The position numbers and the translations under genes are program-made. From an uncultured Eubacteriales bacterium (lineage in GTDB: Bacteria; Bacillota; Clostridia; Oscillospirales; CAG-272), in the NCBI GenBank assembly GCA_934503195.1, contig CAKSVM010000003.1, forward strand, positions 10,267-74,266: a stretch of 64,000 nucleotides of DNA. The letters are read 5' to 3'. The notes under the pieces were generated by a model, which was not told where the DNA came from, searched no databases, and saw only the letters and a program-made list of their open reading frames with translations. Positions 36,418 to 42,969 of the stretch are shown here, in pieces (positions within the stretch are counted from its first letter, which is position 1; every line of letters begins with the position of its first letter).

Positions 36418-37441
36418 GGCCGATCACCTCGATTGAAAGCCCACTTTTGTTTGTACAATATGACGATATCCCTTCGGTTATATATATTTTTTCTTCATCA
36501 GTGACGTAAATCATCTCAATATCATCTAGCGTTTTCCAGAATTCGATCGCTTTTTCGGGCCTCATAACAAACAACGCCGTCGATAACGCGTCACATTCAA
36601 AGCCATTTTTACCAATTACTGTCATTGAAACAATTCCGTTATCGGCTGGATACCCGGTTTTGCTATCGATTATGTGGCAATATCGTTTTCCATCAGCTTC
36701 GAAATAACGCTCATAATTTCCCGAAGTAATCACCGCCGTGTCTTCGATTTCAACCACAAGTAGATTTTTGTCGGTTTCGAATGGATTTTTCACCGCGACA
36801 CGCCATTTTTTCCCGTCAGGCCGCTTTCCGATCGTCTGAACATTGCCGCCGAGATTTATTACCGCCGATGTAACGCCATTTTCTCGGAGCAATTTGCAGA
36901 TTTTATCGCTTGTATAGCCCTTGGCAACCGCGCCGAGATCAAGTTTCATCCCTTCGTCAAGTTGCACAATATTGCCATCAATTTTTATTTGTACATAATC
37001 AACAAATCTCAACGTCTTACCAATTTCAGAGCTTTCCGGAACGCGATAGTTGCCGTTTGTAAATCCCCACAGCGAAACCACCGGATACACGCTGATATCT
37101 AACGCACCATTGGTTGTTTTGCACATATTTTTCGCCAATTCAATAAGCTCGACAGTATCAGCATCTGCTTCGACTTTACCCTCAGCGTTCAATTTCGCAA
37201 TATCGCTGTCCGGTCTCGTCACCGAAAACAGTGAATCCAGCCGAGTTATTTCGCCCTCAACATCCGCGAGAAGCTCGTCATCCGCGCCTTTTGCCTTTAT
37301 CGACATAAACGTATCCATCGCAAATATGTCAATTTCATTCATTTTTGATGTATAAAATTCACAGGACGTTGTACAAATCAATGTGAATAACATCAAGCAA
37401 CCGACCGTCAGAAATCTTCTGGCTCGTTTTCCAAAATTCAA
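36410..37441 (-). CDS. apbE: FAD:protein FMN transferase (ApbE family) lipoprotein
   Basis: ALDISVYPVVSLWGF and LDLGAVAKGYTSD ApbE blocks. TTG start at 37441 (AGGAG 8 nt upstream) gives a signal peptide with lipobox (LICTTSC); the track ORF extends to 37528. Confidence 0.8.
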   Translation of the reverse strand: MNFGKRARRFLTVGCLMLFTLICTTSCEFYTSKMNEIDIFAMDTFMSIKAKGADDELLADVEGEITRLDSLFSVTRPDSDIAKLNAEGKVEADADTVELIELAKNMCKTTNGALDISVYPVVSLWGFTNGNYRVPESSEIGKTLRFVDYVQIKIDGNIVQLDEGMKLDLGAVAKGYTSDKICKLLRENGVTSAVINLGGNVQTIGKRPDGKKWRVAVKNPFETDKNLLVVEIEDTAVITSGNYERYFEADGKRYCHIIDSKTGYPADNGIVSMTVIGKNGFECDALSTALFVMRPEKAIEFWKTLDDIEMIYVTDEEKIYITEGISSYCTNKSGLSIEVIGRD

Positions 37442-37487
37442 AATTTCACTCCTGATCTTCCGTTCGGCATAATAAGCCGCCGAAAAT

Positions 37488-37536
37488 TGCAAAACGTATG
37501 TTGCAGAATCGCATGAATTCCGCAACATACGTTGTA
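37488..37536. repeat. Cluster C of the palindrome (2 copies)
   Basis: 37488-37505 TGCAAAACGTATGTTGCA (2-nt insertion); 37521-37536 CGCAACATACGTTGTA. Confidence 0.75.
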
Positions 37537-37539
37537 TAA

Positions 37540-38634
37540 TTATTTTTTATCCGTCCCGGTAAGCGCGGCTAGCTGTGAAAGTATGTCGCCCTGTCCCGAA
37601 AGCGTGATATTTCCGACCTGATCGCAGATTTTTCCGAGATATTCAAGCTCCTTCAGGCGATAAAGCGTTTTGTTTTCGTCCATGAGCTTGGCCGTGTTGA
37701 GCAGCGATCTGGTCGACGCGACTTCCTCGCGGCGCGTGATCACATTCGCCTGCGCGCGCTTTTCGGCGATCAAAACCGTGTTCATAATGTCGCGGATTTC
37801 ACCGGGAAGGATGATGTCCTTGACGCCGGAACCGGTGATTTCAACGAAAAGTCCGGCGGCCTTCTCCTTGAGTTTTTTTTCAATAACGTCAGAAAATTCC
37901 TGCTTGTTTTCAAGAATTTCGTCGAGAGTGTGCGAGCCGACATAGTCGCGCATCGCGAGCTGAGCCGATGTGTAGAGCTGGTTCACATAATCGCCGGCCT
38001 CGATGATCCGGTCAAAATCGACCACTTTGTCAAAGAAAACATAGCTGATTCGCAGACCGATTTTGTCAGATGTCAACAATTCTTGTCCAGAAATCGTGCG
38101 CATCGTTGGTGTGATATTGACAAAATCGCAGGTCACGCGCGCTGAATCGTTCCAGAAGAAATAACGTCCGGGTTCGAGTTTTCCGACAAATTTTCCATCA
38201 TAATAGAGCAGTCCGCGTTGAATCGCGTTGACCACAAATTCGCTGAAATATTCGCACGGAATCTGGTTTATCACCTTGAGCGCGTCGCCCGAAATGCGCG
38301 GCTCGGAAAGATCAATTATCTTGAACTTGTGCGCTCCGACCTTGAAATACGCATAATTTCCGGCACGCAGAACGCTGTCAAAATTGCCGTTGAGATAGTG
38401 CAGCGCGAGGCAGCCGTCCGGAACGGTGAGCGTGTTGACCGCGTCCGCAATCTCTTTTTTCGAAATCAAAATGTCGTACGGGCAGTGTGTGGAAACGAGC
38501 GGAGCGTTCAAACGGACAGCTTCGATTTCTGCCGAGCCGAAAGCAAGGTAGCTTCCGGGCATAAGAAGTCCATCGAATTTGCCGTTTTTGAAACGTAATC
38601 CGCGTTCGTTTTCGTTGATAATCACAGTTTTCAT
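37540..38634 (-). CDS. SPFH/Band-7 (slipin-like) protein without a TM anchor
   Basis: 364 aa. Two N-terminal ERG-x-GK-x-PG-Y modules (ERGLRFKNGKFDGLLMPGSY; QRGLLYYDGKFVGKLEPGRY), then an SPFH core and a coiled-coil tail (IAEKRAQANVITRREEVAS). GGGAGG RBS. Confidence 0.7.
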   Translation of the reverse strand: MKTVIINENERGLRFKNGKFDGLLMPGSYLAFGSAEIEAVRLNAPLVSTHCPYDILISKKEIADAVNTLTVPDGCLALHYLNGNFDSVLRAGNYAYFKVGAHKFKIIDLSEPRISGDALKVINQIPCEYFSEFVVNAIQRGLLYYDGKFVGKLEPGRYFFWNDSARVTCDFVNITPTMRTISGQELLTSDKIGLRISYVFFDKVVDFDRIIEAGDYVNQLYTSAQLAMRDYVGSHTLDEILENKQEFSDVIEKKLKEKAAGLFVEITGSGVKDIILPGEIRDIMNTVLIAEKRAQANVITRREEVASTRSLLNTAKLMDENKTLYRLKELEYLGKICDQVGNITLSGQGDILSQLAALTGTDKK

Positions 38635-38736
38635 CTATATAAACCTCCCTTTGGAAGAAAATTTCGAACGGATTTCCCTGCAAGAAAAGCGCGGCATGAG
38701 AATTGAGCGGCAGTATCGCCATGACGGACTCCGGCG

Positions 38737-38765
38737 AAAACGGCGAAAGCCGAAGCTTTACGCCG
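38737..38765 (-). terminator. Intrinsic terminator / attenuator 103 nt upstream of the SPFH start codon
   Basis: Minus strand: CGGCG-U-AAAGC-UUCG-GCUUU-CGCCG followed by UUUU. Confidence 0.6.
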
Positions 38766-39057
38766 TCCCCATCGCTGGTCAGGGTTCGCCGCCGCGGTAT
38801 CCTTCCCGTGCAAAGCACAGTTTTGCTGAGGCCGAAGCCACGCGGGAAATCCGACGCTGCGGTCGACTCTTTCGAATCGTCCAAATAAATCCATGTGCAG
38901 TCAAACTGCAAGCCAAACCACTGGCCATGCCGTTTTACAAAAGAAAAACCAGCATGGGCGGGATTCGAACCCGCGAAGTGTAACCGCCATCGACGCAATA
39001 CAGCAACGCCTGTTGCGGAATCGCGCGGCCTCTGAGAAGCGACGCGCCGACGATTAC
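38737..39057 (-). ncRNA. Candidate ~320-nt structured leader / ncRNA of unknown class (predicted TSS ~39057 to the intrinsic terminator at 38737-38765)
   Basis: No credible ORF. Consensus promoter at 39064-39092. GC-rich hairpins include two UUCG tetraloops, a tRNA-type T-arm (38958-38974) and a terminal stem plus U-tract. See findings. Confidence 0.45.
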
Positions 39058-39281
39058 GTTAAAATTATACCATAACTCCCACTTTCTTTCAAGTACTTAC
39101 GCGATTTTGTTAGAATATTGTTATGATCTGAGATTCGTTTGGCTATTGTGCAACGTGCGTTGTGCTATAGCTCATTTCATTGCAACATACGTTGCAATAT
39201 GTTACTAATTATCACGCTTAATTTTGCTTTTAAGTCTCCATGAAAAGTGGACAAAATTCCGATAGTGCAACACCAGTTGCG
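39002..39281. repeat. Cluster D of the palindrome (4 copies)
   Basis: 39002-39017 AGCAACGCCTGTTGCG (inside the candidate RNA); 39149-39164 TGCAACGTGCGTTGTG; 39181-39196 TGCAACATACGTTGCA; 39266-39281 TGCAACACCAGTTGCG. Confidence 0.8.
39064..39092 (-). promoter_or_regulatory. Promoter driving the candidate structured RNA / SPFH gene
   Basis: Minus strand: TTGAAA (39087-39092), 17 nt, TGgTATAAT (-10 at 39064-39069). Confidence 0.65.
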
Positions 39282-39282
39282 T

Positions 39283-39309
39283 AAAAAGCCGTCCTCACGG
39301 ACGGCTTTT
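39283..39309 (-). terminator. Intrinsic terminator after SBP paralog 6
   Basis: AGCCGTCC-tcac-GGACGGCT with T/A runs on both sides. Confidence 0.7.
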
Positions 39310-39321
39310 CGTATGGAATTT

Positions 39322-40779
39322 TTACTTCTTCATATCCTCAAATTGCTGGGCGATGTACTTGACCCGCTCTTCCTGCTCCGACTGAATCGACGCCGCGTAG
39401 GACGCAACATCGGTACTCGGATTGTTGACCGCGAATAGCTTATAGAGCATATTATTGTACGAGCTGTTAAAATTCCCATACATATATGTGAACGATAGAA
39501 TGACATTTTCGTTGATTATGTCAATCATATTCGCGTCATCCGTCTGGTCAGCGTAGCGAACCTTCAGTGCCTGTTCGAAATACGCCGGAAAAACCTGACG
39601 GTATCCTTCGGCCGAAAGAGCCTCGACAATCAGTCCGGTCGTGTCAAGATGCGAATCGGCCGTGATCGGAATCGCCAGCGGACGGTCGGTACAGCCGCCG
39701 AAATACTGCGTCTGATTTTCGTCAAGCTTGGGCATCGGCAGGATTCCATAGCTGATATTCGTCTGACTGTACGTATTTATCGCGTCGCTCATCTGCCCGT
39801 ATGTGAATATTGCACGATTTTCAGCGAATGCTGTAGTCGCGCCGCCGTTTTCCTCAAACACGCGTCCGCCCTCACCAAAGAACAGAGCGTAGAATTTCTC
39901 AACAATTGTCTGATATTTGTCGAGGTCAATCTTGTAGACAAGCTGGTCGTTTTCCTTCTGATAAGGTTCGATATTGAACGGTTCAAGGACGCAATAATAA
40001 TAGTTCGGATTCACAATTCCGTACTGATCCTCGTCGCCCTGTTTGCCGTCGCCATTCAAATCCTTACACCCTTGCTTCGTGATCGCGCCGAGCGCGTCGA
40101 GCGTCCAGTTTCCGTCGTAAACCGACTGGTACGGATACTCGATTTTCAGGTCGTCGAGCATCGATTTGTTGAAGAACAGCACACGCGTGTCCGACATATT
40201 ATTGTACGAAAGCGAGTTGGAGAAAAGATACATCGCGCCGTTGAAGGTCAGGCTCTCGACAGTGTACTTCGGCCACCACGGTTTGTTAAAATTAACATAG
40301 TTCACATCATACATATTGACGAACATCCCCTGAAGTGAGAGATTCGCCATCGTGATGTCGTGCGCCGAAACTATGTCAAATGTGTCGTCCCCCGCCAGAA
40401 TTGACTGCGCGATAACACTGCCCTCCTCTGACGTCGACGTCGTTCCGCCGACCGTCGAGCCGCCCGCGAGAACGATTTTGCAGCCGAAACGATCCTCGAC
40501 GGTTTTACATTTGTTGTACACCGCGTCGTTGACGAGCGAGCCGTTCTGTTCGTCGACGTAAATCGCCGCGAAACGGCTGTCGCCGAAGCCGAGAATGCGG
40601 AATTCGTAGCCTTCGAGATCCGATTCGGGCAGATCGTCCGGAATCCCGGTTTCGGCGGGTTCGGTCGTTCCGGCATCGGCCGGAGGAGTCGTCACCTTCG
40701 GATCGTCCGAGGCTTCGCCGCAGGCCGCGAGCTGTGTCAGAATCAAAGCGCAGAGAAAAATGCTGATTTTGCGTTTCAT
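39322..40779 (-). CDS. Extracellular solute-binding-type lipoprotein, paralog 6
   Basis: Lipobox QLAAC|GE. Blocks DTFDI, NKPWW, DLNGDGKQGDED, YGILPMPKLDENQTQY, YFEQALKVRYAD. Confidence 0.8.
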   Translation of the reverse strand: MKRKISIFLCALILTQLAACGEASDDPKVTTPPADAGTTEPAETGIPDDLPESDLEGYEFRILGFGDSRFAAIYVDEQNGSLVNDAVYNKCKTVEDRFGCKIVLAGGSTVGGTTSTSEEGSVIAQSILAGDDTFDIVSAHDITMANLSLQGMFVNMYDVNYVNFNKPWWPKYTVESLTFNGAMYLFSNSLSYNNMSDTRVLFFNKSMLDDLKIEYPYQSVYDGNWTLDALGAITKQGCKDLNGDGKQGDEDQYGIVNPNYYYCVLEPFNIEPYQKENDQLVYKIDLDKYQTIVEKFYALFFGEGGRVFEENGGATTAFAENRAIFTYGQMSDAINTYSQTNISYGILPMPKLDENQTQYFGGCTDRPLAIPITADSHLDTTGLIVEALSAEGYRQVFPAYFEQALKVRYADQTDDANMIDIINENVILSFTYMYGNFNSSYNNMLYKLFAVNNPSTDVASYAASIQSEQEERVKYIAQQFEDMKK

Positions 40780-40844
40780 ATTTGCCTCCTTGAGTTTGTC
40801 AATTATGCCGACAATTCACATTGCGTTCGCAATGCTATGAGACT

Positions 40845-40873
40845 ATTTTAACATATGATTCACGCAAAGTCAA
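40845..40873 (-). promoter_or_regulatory. Promoter of SBP paralog 6
   Basis: Minus strand: TTGACT, 17 nt, TAAAAT. Confidence 0.5.
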
Positions 40874-40912
40874 TGGTAAAATGGAAGCTAAATACGTCAG
40901 AATGTAAGTTTT

Positions 40913-41536
40913 TTATTTGACCGCGACGATCACGCGATAATCGTCCTTCGGCGCGGGATAGACCGTGACCGACGCGAATCCGGCCGCTTTCAGGAGCTTC
41001 ACCTCGTTCTCGGGCGTCAGTGGCGTGTCGATATGTGCCATCATTTCGGGCGAATTGTTCCAGTATCCAAGCCACTCGTCCTGCTCGGCCTGCGTTTCGG
41101 CGATTTTGTCGGAATTCACAAAGGTTCCCGCGTTATTCAGAGAATCAAACACCATTTTATACATTTTTAACTTGTTCTCCTCGTCCCAATGATGGAGCGC
41201 GGAGGTCGAGATCACCGCATCGTAGCCGCTTCCGAAATCGGTATTGAAGAAGTCCCCGGCGATCGTTTTGACGTTTGGAAAATGCGCGTTCAAAATATCA
41301 AGCATCTGCTCCGAAATGTCGATCGCCGTTACCTCTACATCGGGAAAACGCTCGAACAATGCGCGCAGTTCAAGCCCTGTTCCGGCTCCTAAATCGAGTA
41401 CCGATTTTGTACAATCCGAAAGATACTGAATCATCGCGTTTTTCGTGTCGAGAAAGGCCGCGTGAACGTCGTCGTAGCCGTCCGCTTTGCGGTCGAAGAA
41501 GGCTTTCATGTTGTCATTTCGATCTTTGATATTCAT
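40913..41536 (-). CDS. Class I SAM-dependent methyltransferase
   Basis: VLDLGAGTGLE motif I and AIDISEQML motif II. Confidence 0.75.
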   Translation of the reverse strand: MNIKDRNDNMKAFFDRKADGYDDVHAAFLDTKNAMIQYLSDCTKSVLDLGAGTGLELRALFERFPDVEVTAIDISEQMLDILNAHFPNVKTIAGDFFNTDFGSGYDAVISTSALHHWDEENKLKMYKMVFDSLNNAGTFVNSDKIAETQAEQDEWLGYWNNSPEMMAHIDTPLTPENEVKLLKAAGFASVTVYPAPKDDYRVIVAVK

Positions 41537-41551
41537 AAGTCCGATTCTCCT

Positions 41552-42505
41552 TTAACAAATCCGGTTTATTCCGCCCTCGCCAGCGGCGTAACTTGCGAGC
41601 GAACGGTCGATCACGTCCAGAAGTCTCTCGCGCGCGGCTTTCGAAGCCCATGCGATATGAGGCGTGATTATACAGTTGGGAGCTGACAAAAGCGGATTTT
41701 CGGGCAGCGCAGGCTCGACCGAAAGAACGTCAAGCGCGGCCGCGGATACCCTCCCCGATTTAAGCGCGCCGGCGACGTCGGATTCGTTCAGAACCGCGCC
41801 GCGCGAGGTGTTGATAAGCTTCACTCCGTGTTTGGTTTTCGATATGAATTCAGCGTTCACCATGCCGCGTGTTTTGTCGTTCAGCGGGCAGTGAAAAGAG
41901 ATCACGTCAGCGCGCGAAAGCAGTTCGTCAAGGCCGACATATTTCACGGTTTCCGTGTCGGAATGTACATTTGGAGTCCACGCTAGAACCTCCATTCCGA
42001 GCGCGTTTGCGATCGCCGCGACGCGCTTTCCGATGCTCCCGCATCCGATCAGTCCTAGCACGCTTCCGGCGAGCTCGGAGTACCTCACAAAGTCGTATCT
42101 GTAGCCCGGAATTCCCGTCCATTTTCCCTCTTTTACAATGTTCGAAATTCCGTCGAGATCCGAGTAGAGCGAAATAAGGAACTGGATCGTCAGCTGCGCC
42201 ACCGACGCCGCCGAATAATCGGGGATGTTCACGACCTTCACCCCGCGCTTTTCGCAGGCTCCGACGTCGATCATGTCGTACCCCGTGCCGAGCGCGGAGA
42301 CGTATTTTATCGTCGGGCAGGCGTCGAGAAGCGCGGCCGTGATCTTCGCGCGGTTCGTGAAAACAACCTCGGCGTTTTCGCACTTTTCGGCGCAATCGGC
42401 GTCCGGCGTTTTGTCGTAAACGAAAACCTCGCCGTACTTTTCGAGAAACTTCCACGAAAGGTCGCCCGGATTCACCGCGAAGCCGTCAAGGACAACAATC
42501 TTCAT
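41552..42505 (-). CDS. D-isomer-specific 2-hydroxyacid dehydrogenase (glycerate/hydroxypyruvate reductase-like)
   Basis: GLIGCGSIGKRVA NAD fold, catalytic R/E/H context (NTSRGAVLNE...ITPHIAWAS). Confidence 0.8.
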   Translation of the reverse strand: MKIVVLDGFAVNPGDLSWKFLEKYGEVFVYDKTPDADCAEKCENAEVVFTNRAKITAALLDACPTIKYVSALGTGYDMIDVGACEKRGVKVVNIPDYSAASVAQLTIQFLISLYSDLDGISNIVKEGKWTGIPGYRYDFVRYSELAGSVLGLIGCGSIGKRVAAIANALGMEVLAWTPNVHSDTETVKYVGLDELLSRADVISFHCPLNDKTRGMVNAEFISKTKHGVKLINTSRGAVLNESDVAGALKSGRVSAAALDVLSVEPALPENPLLSAPNCIITPHIAWASKAARERLLDVIDRSLASYAAGEGGINRIC

Positions 42506-42557
42506 ATTTTTCTCTCCATAAATAATTTTTCGGGCGGTCAGCCCGCCCCGCCCGTTA

Positions 42558-42586
42558 ATTATACCATATTTTTAACGGAATTGCAA
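42558..42586 (-). promoter_or_regulatory. Promoter of the 2-hydroxyacid dehydrogenase / methyltransferase pair
   Basis: Minus strand: TTGCAA, 17 nt, TGgTATAAT. A 7-bp GC hairpin lies in the 5' UTR (about 42529-42552). Confidence 0.55.
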
Positions 42587-42617
42587 TACTTTTATCGTTT
42601 TTTTCTCAGGCTTCCGA

Positions 42618-42668
42618 TTGCCATCATCGCGAACAAATCCATATACTGGAAATGAGCGGATCCGCTCA
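42618..42668 (+). promoter_or_regulatory. Putative feoAB promoter and palindromic operator
   Basis: TTGCCA, 18 nt, TATACT (42642-47). A perfect 16-bp palindrome, TGAGCGGATCCGCTCA (42653-42668), follows just downstream. Confidence 0.5.
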
Positions 42669-42696
42669 ATCCATCGAAAGGATGATTTTCCATAAA

Positions 42697-42969
42697 ATGT
42701 CATTTCTCTCTGACCTCACCCCGGGTGAGACCGCTTATATAGAAAAAAGCCACGCCGCCGACCGACGTCTGACCGAGCTTGGAATCGTCTCGGGAACCCA
42801 CGTCGAGTGCGTCGCGAAGGCACCTTTCGGCGACGCGAAAGCCTATCTGATCCGCGGAGCCGTCATCGCGCTGCGCCGTTCGGACGCGCTTGAAATCGAA
42901 GTCAGCCGGACGAAACGAACCTTCGCCGCGCGTGCGCCGATCGGCGCGAAGGAACGCTCATGGGGCTGA
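42697..42969 (+). CDS. feoA: FeoA-domain protein
   Basis: SH3-like FeoA pattern (LTELGIVSGTHVECVAKAPFGDAKAYLIRGAVIALRRSDA). The start is uncertain: 42697 or 42682. Confidence 0.75.
   Translation: MSFLSDLTPGETAYIEKSHAADRRLTELGIVSGTHVECVAKAPFGDAKAYLIRGAVIALRRSDALEIEVSRTKRTFAARAPIGAKERSWG

Noticed and set aside
38948-39040. A possible intact tRNA or tmRNA gene on the minus strand, suggested by the GGTTCGAATCC T-arm.
   Set aside because: No complementary 5' acceptor strand, D-arm or anticodon arm could be built within 100 nt upstream. The acceptor tail is not GGGG...CCCC/ACCA as in tmRNA, and no tag-peptide reading frame (..ALAA-stop) was seen.
38700-39060. Assignment of the candidate RNA to the T-box or cobalamin riboswitch classes, prompted by GGAUACCGCGG and GGGAAAUCC/CCACUGG-like strings.
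   Set aside because: The T-box-like string has two extra nucleotides and cannot form an antiterminator with the 5' half of the terminator. The B12-box and GGUGAAAAUCC elements are absent. The downstream SPFH gene fits neither class.
38378-39075. ORFs in the 38.6-39.3 kb gap (38378-38998 minus, 38579-38983 plus, 38631-38894 minus, 38703-38888 plus, 38893-39075 plus).
   Set aside because: They overlap one another and the SPFH gene in other frames. They are Arg/Pro/Ser-rich with no RBS, and the region is better explained by promoter, hairpins and terminator, i.e. an RNA.
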